From positions 1-50,812 of the IMG/VR virus record IMGVR_UViG_3300020460_000022: DNA of 50,812 nt. The stretch is one strand, 5' to 3'. The notes beneath the pieces were generated by a model. It made no database searches, was not told the origin of the DNA, and saw nothing but the letters and a program-made list of their open reading frames with translations. Positions 34,388-44,083 of this stretch are shown here, in pieces. This DNA is from a virus (taxonomy: Duplodnaviria > Caudoviricetes). Position numbers and translations under genes: made by a program. How positions within the stretch are numbered: position 1 is the stretch's first letter; each line of letters opens with the position of its first letter.

Positions 34388-35725
34388 ATGGCAACACCCG
34401 CAAATGCAATATCCCCAGATGCTTATATTCTTTCATCTGTATTACTAGAAGGAGATAGACTTAAAACTGGTGCTAGTGTAGAGCTCAAAGCTATAACTTC
34501 TGATATTGAAATATATGAACACATGGAAAAACCATACCTAACTGGTATAATGGTTGTAGTTGATAACCATGGATTATTCGATCAGATAAATTTTATGGGT
34601 AACGAGTCAGTTACAATTAGATTTAAAGCACATGATTCTATTACTGATATATCTAAGAAATTCACTATCATACAGATAGATAAGGCAGTTAAACCTACGG
34701 ATTCCGCAGAGACAATTACATTTACATTACTAGAAGAATCCGCATTAAGATCCGCAACCTTTAACGTGAATAAGTGCTATAAAGGTACACCTCAATCTAT
34801 TATCAAAAAAATATTAGAAGATACTATTAATAAGAAAGTCATATCATATACACCAGCAGAACAAGAAAATATCAAAGTTATAGTTCCTAATATGGAACCA
34901 CTTGATGCATGTGATTGGGTTAAAGATCGATCTACATCTGCAGAAGGTATGCCATTTTTCTTATTCTCAACCTTAGTTGGAGATGAACTAAAATTTTTAA
35001 ATCTCGGAGAGATGTTAGTAGAACCTTCTATTACGAAAATACCTTTTAGATCTTCATTTGCATCTACAGATGATAGGACCAGTGAAAATGTTGTACTAGA
35101 TGGTTTACGCATACTGAGTCATTCTTATAAGAATACAGATAATTTATATGGACTAATTAAAGCCGGAAGTGTTGGAGCTTTACACACCTTTTATGATCCT
35201 GGGTTAAAGAAAGATCAAGATATAGTATTCAATGTTAGTAAAGATGTATTCAAACCTATGGTAGAAAAAAACATTTTAAAGAAAACGCAAAGTGATTATA
35301 TCTATTCTGAATTGTATCAAGCACAAGATAAACCTATGCATGAAACTCAAATGACAAAAGTATCTTCCATTGGATTTACAGGTTTATATTCTAAACAAAA
35401 AGGTTTAGATGAGGAAGTTGATACTGATGGTTATAGAAATAGAGTGATAGGTAAATCTATAAAGAATTTCTTAAAGAAAAATCCTATTACGATCGTAGTA
35501 CCTTGTCAGAATTTTATATCAGCAAAAGATAGTTTTACTGTAGGAAGAATTATCGACTTGAGATTTTTAAGCAACGACCCTAATAATGCAGAGAAGGGTT
35601 CCAATTACTTAGATAAAAAGAAATCTGGTGAATATATAATTTACAGTACGAAACACCTATTACAAAAAGAAAGATATGTAATAGCCATGACGTGTTTAAA
35701 ACTAGCAAATGCGGATACATTCTAA
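34388..35725 (+). CDS. Putative baseplate hub protein (gp27-like)
   Basis: IEIYEH..PYLTG, GNE, SGEYII...KH; position between gp53 and gp5. Confidence 0.55.
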   Translation: MATPANAISPDAYILSSVLLEGDRLKTGASVELKAITSDIEIYEHMEKPYLTGIMVVVDNHGLFDQINFMGNESVTIRFKAHDSITDISKKFTIIQIDKAVKPTDSAETITFTLLEESALRSATFNVNKCYKGTPQSIIKKILEDTINKKVISYTPAEQENIKVIVPNMEPLDACDWVKDRSTSAEGMPFFLFSTLVGDELKFLNLGEMLVEPSITKIPFRSSFASTDDRTSENVVLDGLRILSHSYKNTDNLYGLIKAGSVGALHTFYDPGLKKDQDIVFNVSKDVFKPMVEKNILKKTQSDYIYSELYQAQDKPMHETQMTKVSSIGFTGLYSKQKGLDEEVDTDGYRNRVIGKSIKNFLKKNPITIVVPCQNFISAKDSFTVGRIIDLRFLSNDPNNAEKGSNYLDKKKSGEYIIYSTKHLLQKERYVIAMTCLKLANADTF

Positions 35726-36678
35726 TGAGAGATTTTTACGGAGATCAGGTTAGATATTTCTTTGGCAGTGTTGCAACTCTGCCTAAGGAAGAATTATTAG
35801 GACGAGTTAGAGTTCGAATATTCGGAATACATACTGGAAACAAATCTGATATTGATGATCTAGATTTACCTTATGCTCAAGTACTCGAATCTGGATCAAG
35901 TGTACCAAATCTAAAACCCGGTGATCAGGTATTTGGTATATTCTTAGATGGTAAAAATTCACAGGTACCATTTATTATAGGATCTTTAAATAAGAGAAAT
36001 GTTATACCAGAATCTAAGGTTGAAAATATTATCAACGATCCTTCAGAAATACAAGATGATGATACTGTTAAAGCTGACAAAGATAATTATAATTTAGAAG
36101 TATCAAAAGTAGCTGCTAAGAAAAATGGTAAAGAAGTAGATTCTAAGTTAAGGGGTAATACAAATTTAGAAAAAGCATTTAATTTCTTCCTAGCACAAAA
36201 TACTGAAGACGGTTCTTTATTTACACCAGAACAATGTGCAGGTATATGTGGAAATTTCTTTGTAGAATCTGGTGGATCTAAAACTGGTTTAGATAAATTA
36301 GCGGCAGGAAAAATTGTTGCTGCAGGTGATATTGATCCTGAAGCAAATAATAAATCGGAAGGTTCCAGAGGTATAGCACAATGGAATAATAATAGATGGG
36401 AATCTAGATTATTAAATTTACAAACATTTGCTGGAGAAGAACTCAAGTTAGATTGGGAAACTTCTTTAACAGCACAATTAAATTTCGTTCTATGGGAATT
36501 CGGTATAATTGAAAGTGAAGGATCTGGTAGTCTTAAAGGTGCTTTAAAATTATTACAAAAAACAAATACAGTTGAAGAAGCAGCATTACAATTTGAAAGG
36601 TACTATGAATTTAGCGATAAGAAATCTCTAAAGGATAGAGTAGATGCTGCAATTGCAATATACAATATTTTTACTTAG
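35725..36678 (+). CDS. gp5 N-terminal OB-fold fused to a phage tail lysozyme domain
   Basis: LGRVRVRIFGIH, LPYAQV, VFGIFLDG..Q.P; then AGICGNFFVES, GIAQWN, QLNF, FERYYE; TAATG start. Confidence 0.75.
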   Translation: MRDFYGDQVRYFFGSVATLPKEELLGRVRVRIFGIHTGNKSDIDDLDLPYAQVLESGSSVPNLKPGDQVFGIFLDGKNSQVPFIIGSLNKRNVIPESKVENIINDPSEIQDDDTVKADKDNYNLEVSKVAAKKNGKEVDSKLRGNTNLEKAFNFFLAQNTEDGSLFTPEQCAGICGNFFVESGGSKTGLDKLAAGKIVAAGDIDPEANNKSEGSRGIAQWNNNRWESRLLNLQTFAGEELKLDWETSLTAQLNFVLWEFGIIESEGSGSLKGALKLLQKTNTVEEAALQFERYYEFSDKKSLKDRVDAAIAIYNIFT

Positions 36679-36687
36679 GAATATATA

Positions 36688-37989
36688 ATGGCAACTTTAA
36701 AAAGAAATATAGCAAATCAAAAATTACTTGGAGCAATTAATTCTTATCCTGATACTGCTGTTTCAAAACAAGCAGTAACTACACAAGAAGAAGTACTTGC
36801 ATCTAAAAGTTCTAAACATATTCAAATTGGTACTATTGCAGGTGGATTTAAGTCCATCGGACAACCTATCATATCAAATGAAGAATCTACTAAGGATCCG
36901 GTCCCAGTTATTATGGAGTCAAAAGTTCCCGGATTAACTGTAACGGAAACTGCTTCCTTATCTTCTGAGGTCTCTACGATGATTGGTGAAACTGTTTCGA
37001 ATGGTTTCTTACATCGTGTTGTAACACATGGTTCTCCGGAAGGTATTAAATTAGCACTGAAACAATCCTTAGGTGTTATAGATCCGAAGATCGAAACCGC
37101 GGTAAGAGATGCAACATTAACGCAATTCCGTAATCGTATCATTAGTATATTACGTTCTGATATATTTAAAGAATTTAATAAAGTAGTTAATGTATTTAAA
37201 GAACAGTTTATTGCATTTACTGGCGGGGAATCGGGTGTTAGATTACAGACATTTCTTAAGAAATTTATACCTGGTGCAGGTAATTTACCAAGAGCAAATG
37301 AATCTATTACAGAGGATCAGGATTTTAAATCTACGAAGAATGTACTTGCTGTAACTGGTACAGGTGCAACATGGAACTATGGAAGTACTCCTGAAAACTA
37401 CAAATTTGAAATTGTATCTACTGAAGAAGAATTGGAAATAGAATTAAGAACTGCAAAAAGAGAGTTGACAGAAGTCGTTGTCGGTTGGACTGGTAACTTT
37501 ATGAATGAAGATATTACAGCGAAAAAAATACATACAGAATATTCACGTAAAGGTCCTAAGACAGGAATACCATATCACTATATTATTAGGAAAGACGGTA
37601 CACTACAGAGAGGTATACCGCTTGGATCTGAAACAAAATCTAATACTGTAATAGAATCAAATCATAATAAATTTTCTATAGTAATTGGATTCGTAGCAAA
37701 ATATGATTGTGATGCAGGTACACCAAATAAAGATAAACACATATCACATAGATCTATTACAATAGCACAAATGAAAACATTTGATCAATTCTGTAGCAAC
37801 TTCTATTCTGCATTTCCGGGTGGACAGGTACTAGGTATGAATGATCTTACAGATTTAGCTAGTAGTCCAGGATTTAATGTTCGAGACTATGTACATAATA
37901 GGTTTGGTAAAGGTAGTGTATTCGCCGATCCTAAAAAAGAAAGTTCCTTATCACCTAAAGAATTAGTGCGAAAGAGAGTACAATCATGA
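36688..37989 (+). CDS. Tail-associated protein with a degenerate Amidase_2 (PGRP/T7-lysozyme-like) domain
   Basis: GIPYHYIIRKDGTLQRG, SIVIGFV, TIAQMKTF, PGFNV; Zn-ligand positions substituted. Confidence 0.65.
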   Translation: MATLKRNIANQKLLGAINSYPDTAVSKQAVTTQEEVLASKSSKHIQIGTIAGGFKSIGQPIISNEESTKDPVPVIMESKVPGLTVTETASLSSEVSTMIGETVSNGFLHRVVTHGSPEGIKLALKQSLGVIDPKIETAVRDATLTQFRNRIISILRSDIFKEFNKVVNVFKEQFIAFTGGESGVRLQTFLKKFIPGAGNLPRANESITEDQDFKSTKNVLAVTGTGATWNYGSTPENYKFEIVSTEEELEIELRTAKRELTEVVVGWTGNFMNEDITAKKIHTEYSRKGPKTGIPYHYIIRKDGTLQRGIPLGSETKSNTVIESNHNKFSIVIGFVAKYDCDAGTPNKDKHISHRSITIAQMKTFDQFCSNFYSAFPGGQVLGMNDLTDLASSPGFNVRDYVHNRFGKGSVFADPKKESSLSPKELVRKRVQS

Positions 37990-39938
37990 GTAAAGATATT
38001 GATGAACTATATATTCCGGAAGGAAAACAAAAAGATGGGTTTGAAGATCCAACGGGTTCTTATTTGCATAATTCATTCTATAATAGATCCTCTACAAGTC
38101 ATGCCGCAAGAGGTATAAAAAGAAATGATCTTTACATAGGTGGTGGACATCCCAAGGTGAATTTAGAATTAAATGAACCATCTCCTTCTGAATATCCGTA
38201 TAATAAAGTTACAGAAACTCTTTCAGGACATTCCATAGAATACGATGATACTCCGAAATCAGAAAGAATACTAATCAAGCATAGATTAGGTTCTGGTATA
38301 GAATTACGTAATGATGGTACAGTTATTATTAGCTCCAAAAAGAATACTATACGATTATCACAGGGTGATGAAAAGGTTATAATAGAAGGTAATGGAGATA
38401 TTGTTTATAATGGTAATTTAAATTTAACAGTATCTGGTGATATGAACTTAGATGTTGGTGGTAATTTTAATGTGAAGACAGGTGCTGATAAGAAAGAAGA
38501 TATTCGTGGTAATTATGAAACAAGTGTCAAAGAGAATATACAGAATAAAGTACTCGGTAATATTACAAATACGATTAAAGGTTCGTTGACAAATACAGTA
38601 CTAACAGATGTCAATAATATTATAAAAGGTTCTGATTATAAGCAGGCAAATAAAGTTGAATCATATAGTGCAACTGATACAACTATTACTTCTGCAACAA
38701 CCTTTACGACATCATCGGTATCTGCGAATATAGCCGCGAAGAAGATGGCACTACTTGGTGATAGTGGAACGATAGGCGGTGCAAATATTATCTCATACGT
38801 AAAAAATATATACGGTACGTCCGGAACATATACAGCAGGAGTAAGTGCTCCAACATTCCATGGAAGCTTAATTGGAGATGTACAAGGTGTTGCTACTGGA
38901 GCAATCGATGCGAACCGTTCTGCTATTTCAGGTCCTGGAGGTCAGACTCAGAATATAACAAATACGGCAACTAATACATCCCAAACTATACAACCTACAA
39001 ATGCTAGAGTCAATGAGCACCTGCATAAATTAAATTTCGGTATTCGAAAAGTACTTACAGATCCGAATAATACGATATTAAATGCTCTAGATAAAACAGC
39101 TTTAACAAATAAAACACCAAATAGCCTAACTACAGAAGAAGTACGTTCTAAATTAAGGGAAGATCAGAATTACAATGATACGAATTTTATTGCATCACAA
39201 ATCGGTGAAGGTAGTTTAAAATCTCATACCTATGTACGTGATCTTCCTGTTAAATTGCGTAATGCAAAAGATATTAAACAATCTACAATTATAGGAAAGA
39301 AGATTATAGGTAATGCAGACGGTGCAACTACGAAAAAATTTCAAGCAACTGCATTTACACAGCAATATTACTTACCTGATCCACTCTTCAATCCAGATTT
39401 CCAAAGTACTATTTCGTATGAGACAAAATTATGTGGAGGTATTCCAATCAGTAAATTCATAGGTCCGTACGGCGATAAAGCAAAATTCAGTAAATTAACA
39501 GCTAAAAAGAAATTGCAAGTTGCAAGAAATCTATACTTACATGCAGAAATATTACGTGAATATAACTTAGATCCTAGATATCGTTTAGTAGTCGCAGAAG
39601 GTTTATACACAAAAGAGAACAGTGAAACATTAACTCCTGGAGGTATTAAAGATCTTGCTACACAGGGACGTGCAGTTGTATATGAAGTACGTGATAATAA
39701 TGGTAATATCAATAACCAATTTACATTTGTACTTGCAACAACTTTAAAAGATTATATTAATTATGATAAGTTAATATTAGATTATGATAGTTTCGATGGT
39801 ACATTAAATTCTCAGATTATTATACTAACACCAAACGTGAATTCTGATTTTAAGTTATCTTTTAAGAACCAACTCGAAACAAAACTGAATGGAAGAGTAC
39901 AAGGATCAAATGAGATAGTTCACATGGAAATTTCTTGA
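37986..39938 (+). CDS. gp5 C-terminal part (beta-helix spike) with an additional C-terminal domain
   Basis: EYPYNKVTETLSGHSIEYDDTP..ERI...H..GS, followed by GN/GD beta-helix repeats. Confidence 0.75.
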   Translation: MSKDIDELYIPEGKQKDGFEDPTGSYLHNSFYNRSSTSHAARGIKRNDLYIGGGHPKVNLELNEPSPSEYPYNKVTETLSGHSIEYDDTPKSERILIKHRLGSGIELRNDGTVIISSKKNTIRLSQGDEKVIIEGNGDIVYNGNLNLTVSGDMNLDVGGNFNVKTGADKKEDIRGNYETSVKENIQNKVLGNITNTIKGSLTNTVLTDVNNIIKGSDYKQANKVESYSATDTTITSATTFTTSSVSANIAAKKMALLGDSGTIGGANIISYVKNIYGTSGTYTAGVSAPTFHGSLIGDVQGVATGAIDANRSAISGPGGQTQNITNTATNTSQTIQPTNARVNEHLHKLNFGIRKVLTDPNNTILNALDKTALTNKTPNSLTTEEVRSKLREDQNYNDTNFIASQIGEGSLKSHTYVRDLPVKLRNAKDIKQSTIIGKKIIGNADGATTKKFQATAFTQQYYLPDPLFNPDFQSTISYETKLCGGIPISKFIGPYGDKAKFSKLTAKKKLQVARNLYLHAEILREYNLDPRYRLVVAEGLYTKENSETLTPGGIKDLATQGRAVVYEVRDNNGNINNQFTFVLATTLKDYINYDKLILDYDSFDGTLNSQIIILTPNVNSDFKLSFKNQLETKLNGRVQGSNEIVHMEIS

Positions 39939-39948
39939 TGAGATTCGT

Positions 39949-39956
39949 TATAAATA
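39949..39956 (+). promoter_or_regulatory. T4 late promoter
   Basis: TATAAATA upstream of gp25. Confidence 0.75.
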
Positions 39957-39980
39957 CTAAAATAGAAAAAGAGAAAGAAA

Positions 39981-40424
39981 ATGGTTTCTAGAGCATATTC
40001 GATTGAAGATGGTAATTTAAATCAAACTACTATTAGGACGTCTCGTAAAAGAGCTTATTCTGATTTAGATCTAACCTTTGCTCGAAAAGTGGATAACGAT
40101 GTATTTAAGAAGTTGCATGCCGCGGCAGTCAAACAGGCCGTAAAGAATTTATTACTTACGAATCGTGCTGAAAAACCTTTTAATCCTTTTTTCGGTGGTA
40201 ATTTAAATGATTTCTTATTTGAACTAAATGATGGATTAGAAGAATCTGACATAGAACAGCAAGTAGTAACGGCAATCTCTAACTATGAACCGAGAGCTCG
40301 CGTAATAAACGTCAAGGCTACCGCGAATCCGGATCGTAATGATATTGCAGTTACAGTTGTATTCCAGGTTGTAACGACGAATGAAGAAGTAACACTTACA
40401 GTTGACTTAGCGAGGTTAAGATAG
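39981..40424 (+). CDS. 25: Baseplate wedge protein gp25
   Basis: YSDLDLTF, AVKQAVKNLLLT, EKPFNPFFG, LFE, YEPR. Confidence 0.9.
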   Translation: MVSRAYSIEDGNLNQTTIRTSRKRAYSDLDLTFARKVDNDVFKKLHAAAVKQAVKNLLLTNRAEKPFNPFFGGNLNDFLFELNDGLEESDIEQQVVTAISNYEPRARVINVKATANPDRNDIAVTVVFQVVTTNEEVTLTVDLARLR

Positions 40425-42263
40425 ATGGCAACTACTATTAATTCAACTGCATTAGATTTTAATGCAATCAAAACGAATTTAAAAACATTCTTTAAATCTA
40501 AATCCGAATTTGCAGATTATGATTTTGAAGCTTCGGGTTTATCTAACATACTGGATGTACTTGCATATAATACGCATTATAACGGTCTGGTAGCTAACTT
40601 TGCGATCAACGAAACATTCTTAGATACAGCACAGTTACGTTCTTCTATAGTATCACATGCAGAAGCACTCGGATATGAACCAAGGTCTAAGACGTCTTCT
40701 TCAGCAACAGTAACACTGACACTGACAGTATCTGATCCCGGAAGGCCTTCTACGATTACATTGCCGGTAGGTACCAGATTTAAAACGGTAGTTGATGGAG
40801 TTACATACAGTTTTCAAACGCGTGAAGCTTTTACCGCCGTCGATGATTCCGGAACATACCAATTTAAGACATCTGCAGGTTCTACAACTTTGACGATACA
40901 TGAAGGAACAGAGAATACTAAGACATTTTTCGTAGGGGAATCAACAGAAAGACAGATATATGTCATACCAGATGAAACGATGGACACGAATACAATTATC
41001 GTCAAGGTGTTTACATCTACTACAGGAACGGAATTTGCAAGCTATACTAATTTGAAGAATGCTGTTAATATCACATCTACATCTAAGCACTACGAAATTA
41101 AAGAAGTACCTAACGGTTTCTATGAACTGGCTTTCGGTGACGGTAATACGACAGGAGAAGCACCTTCTGCAGGAAATCGTATCGAGGTTAACTATCTTTC
41201 TACTAAAGGTGCAGTTGCAAATAATGCATCTTCATTCGAAGCGAACAACCAAGTACAGGTAGGAGGCACGGGATATACATTAGCAGTTGTAACACTTACG
41301 AATAGTTCTGGTGGATCCGAAAAAGAAGAACTAGAATCAATACGCAATAATGCAAGAAGAGCATTTTCATCGCAACAGAGATTAGTTACGGCAAATGACT
41401 ATGAGGCACTCATACTTGCAAACTATGGTTCGAATATTACAGATGTTTCTGCATGGGGTGGAGAACAGAATGTCCCAGTTAAATACGGTGTTGTATATGT
41501 TGCATTAAAATTTACAGATGGTTTAAGTGAAACGCAGAAAACTACGATTAAAGATCAGATTACAACGAACCTTGTAGAACCGCTATCAATCGTCACGACT
41601 GATGTCATATACGTAGATCCTGAAGATGTCTTCTTAGAACTAGAAGTATTCTATAATTTCGATCCGGATCTAACAAGTCTAACTGCGAATGCTATGTCGA
41701 ATAGGATTAGTACACAGATTAATACACATGTTACCAACAACCTTAAGAAATTCGATAAGGTATTCCGTAGGTCATTATTAACTGCGGAGATAGATGATCT
41801 TGATACTGCAATACTGAATTCAAGGATGAATATATTTGTGCAGAAGAGAATAACACCGTCAACTACTGCATCGAGTTCATATGAACTTGCATATCCAATG
41901 GCAATTGCACCGGCAGATGATGTAAATCATACAATTAAGAGCTCACAGTTTACATTTCAGAATAGGAATTGTATTATTAAGAATAAACTGACATCGACTA
42001 CATTACAGATTGTAGATTTCGCCAGTAACGAAATAATTGTAGATAACATCGGTTCTTATACACCGTTATCCGGTAAATTAAATATCGTAGGATTCTTACC
42101 GTCAACTGTACAGAATTCAGGCGTATTAAAAGTATCAGTTAAACCTGCAAATGAAAGTACAATTAGGCCTCTAAGAAATTATATTATAGATAATGATCCA
42201 GCTTTACAGGTTATCAATACTGTTGTCGATAACCAAAATACTGAAGTAACCTTAACGACATAA
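40425..42263 (+). CDS. 6: Baseplate wedge protein gp6
   Basis: LDFNAIK, DYDFEASGL..ILDVLAYNTHY, FGDG, QQRLVTANDY, WGGE. Confidence 0.92.
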   Translation: MATTINSTALDFNAIKTNLKTFFKSKSEFADYDFEASGLSNILDVLAYNTHYNGLVANFAINETFLDTAQLRSSIVSHAEALGYEPRSKTSSSATVTLTLTVSDPGRPSTITLPVGTRFKTVVDGVTYSFQTREAFTAVDDSGTYQFKTSAGSTTLTIHEGTENTKTFFVGESTERQIYVIPDETMDTNTIIVKVFTSTTGTEFASYTNLKNAVNITSTSKHYEIKEVPNGFYELAFGDGNTTGEAPSAGNRIEVNYLSTKGAVANNASSFEANNQVQVGGTGYTLAVVTLTNSSGGSEKEELESIRNNARRAFSSQQRLVTANDYEALILANYGSNITDVSAWGGEQNVPVKYGVVYVALKFTDGLSETQKTTIKDQITTNLVEPLSIVTTDVIYVDPEDVFLELEVFYNFDPDLTSLTANAMSNRISTQINTHVTNNLKKFDKVFRRSLLTAEIDDLDTAILNSRMNIFVQKRITPSTTASSSYELAYPMAIAPADDVNHTIKSSQFTFQNRNCIIKNKLTSTTLQIVDFASNEIIVDNIGSYTPLSGKLNIVGFLPSTVQNSGVLKVSVKPANESTIRPLRNYIIDNDPALQVINTVVDNQNTEVTLTT

Positions 42264-42264
42264 T

Positions 42265-43218
42265 ATGGAAAAGACGCTTTTAGATTTTAATAGACGTTCG
42301 GTATCAATCCGTAAGGATGATGTCGAAGACGTCCTGCCACAGTACTGGCAATCAGATTATCCTACGTTAGTCAGTTTCCTAGAAAACTACTATAACTTCA
42401 TGGATAGTTCTGGTGAACAGAATTTCGGACAAGAACTTAAGAACTTATATCGTAACAGAGATATTGAAGCTGCAAGCTTAAAGAATCTAGATCAATTATT
42501 ATTTGAGATCGGAAATAGAATTACTTCAGGTGACATATTTACGGATCCTCGTAAGGCAGCAAAGAGGTTAGCTAAATTTTATAGAAAGAAAGGTAGTTCA
42601 GAATCTATTAAAGAATTTTTTAGACTATTCTTTGGAGAAGAAATAGAACTATCATATCCTAAAAATGATAGATTTGTAGTAGGTGAATCCAATATCGGAT
42701 ATGAATCTCAGAGATTTATTCAAGATAATGCGCTATATCAACTATATTCCATATTAATACAATCACCATTAGCAGCTTCTACCTGGTCAGAGATATATCG
42801 TAATTTTGTACATCCGGCCGGCTGGTATTTCCAAGGGCAACTAGAAGCAGTTGGACTAGCTGATGTTATGGAAGATTCAATGCCGCTATCTATTCCTGAT
42901 ACAGATGTAGATCCGGATATTATTGGTACTGCACAGATGTCATTGTTAGGGTCTCCGACAATTATGACATCTCTATTTGACTCCGGCGGAAATACGATAA
43001 GAAGTTACTTAGACAATAAAGGCAAATTGATAGCTTATAGTACATTATCAATAGATAGTGCACAGAAACTTGGATATGATAAACTTTCTACGATTATAGA
43101 ACCTACATCACCGACATTCGATATTGATAGCGATGCTTCGAATATTTTCGGTGGTATAGATTTCTCAAATACATTTGAAACATTGGATCAAAACATTTTC
43201 AAATATGATAGTGTTTGA
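42265..43218 (+). CDS. 7: Baseplate wedge protein gp7-like (short form)
   Basis: FLENYY, FYRKKGS, FFRLFFGE, YQLYS, VHPAGW. Confidence 0.7.
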   Translation: MEKTLLDFNRRSVSIRKDDVEDVLPQYWQSDYPTLVSFLENYYNFMDSSGEQNFGQELKNLYRNRDIEAASLKNLDQLLFEIGNRITSGDIFTDPRKAAKRLAKFYRKKGSSESIKEFFRLFFGEEIELSYPKNDRFVVGESNIGYESQRFIQDNALYQLYSILIQSPLAASTWSEIYRNFVHPAGWYFQGQLEAVGLADVMEDSMPLSIPDTDVDPDIIGTAQMSLLGSPTIMTSLFDSGGNTIRSYLDNKGKLIAYSTLSIDSAQKLGYDKLSTIIEPTSPTFDIDSDASNIFGGIDFSNTFETLDQNIFKYDSV

Positions 43219-43219
43219 T

Positions 43220-43227
43220 TATAAATA
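43220..43227 (+). promoter_or_regulatory. T4 late promoter
   Basis: TATAAATA, intergenic. Confidence 0.75.
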
Positions 43228-43258
43228 GAGTATAACGATTTATAGTAGGTATAATTAA

Positions 43259-44071
43259 ATGGCAAAGCAAACAATTAATTTAGGAACTAGTGCGAATGAT
43301 GGTACAGGAGATACCTTAAGACAGGGCGGTGATAAGGTCAATGATAATTTTACAGAAATATATACTCATTTTGGAGATGGAACATCATTATCATCACAGA
43401 TTTCTATAGAAGATTCAGCAATTGTCTTTGAAGGTAATTCAACAGATGGGAATGAAACATTTCTCAGAGCAACTGATCCAACAGCAGATCGTATTATAGT
43501 TCTTCCAAATGCAAGTGGTACACTTCTCTTAGATTCTGATACGCAAACTATAACGAATAAAACTCTAACATCTCCTAAAATCGGTACAGCCATTAATGAT
43601 ACTAACGGAAATGAACTAATTAAACTTACAGCTACTGGTTCTGCAGTTAATGAAATCACATTGGCAAATGGAGCAAGTACGGACGGTCCTTCAATATCTG
43701 CAACAGGTAGTGCAACCAACTTAAATTTTAATATCAGTGCTAAGAATAATGGTTCGGTTGAAGTAACTAAGTTAGCAATTAATCATAATACAATGACTGC
43801 GAACGGTGATGCAGATTCAGATGCAGGTTATATTATTGGTAATAAGGGTTCAGCATTAGCAGTAAGGCTCGGACCGGGTACAACAATTGGAGAACAAAAG
43901 ATATTTACAAATAATGGTGCAGGAGCTATGACAGTAACTCCTAGAAATGCAGCTAATAATGCTAGTACATTTGCACGAGGTACCTCATTTACACTGGCCC
44001 AGTATAGAGGGTGTACATGTATATGGGATGGTAATAACTGGTACTTATTAGATTCTGCAACAATAGCTTAA
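43259..44071 (+). CDS. gp9/gp10-like baseplate-tail fibre connector
   Basis: MAKQTINLGTSANDGTGDTLR.GG.KVNDNF.EIY N-terminus; QTITNKTL fibre motif. Confidence 0.7.
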   Translation: MAKQTINLGTSANDGTGDTLRQGGDKVNDNFTEIYTHFGDGTSLSSQISIEDSAIVFEGNSTDGNETFLRATDPTADRIIVLPNASGTLLLDSDTQTITNKTLTSPKIGTAINDTNGNELIKLTATGSAVNEITLANGASTDGPSISATGSATNLNFNISAKNNGSVEVTKLAINHNTMTANGDADSDAGYIIGNKGSALAVRLGPGTTIGEQKIFTNNGAGAMTVTPRNAANNASTFARGTSFTLAQYRGCTCIWDGNNWYLLDSATIA

Positions 44072-44083
44072 CGGGATAATAAA

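Noticed and set aside
25199-42263. Possible TAG stop-codon reassignment (in-frame TAG junctions at 10084, 25550 and 40422)
   Set aside because: Core genes are full length under the standard code, and TAG terminates gp25 and gp26 at their expected C-termini
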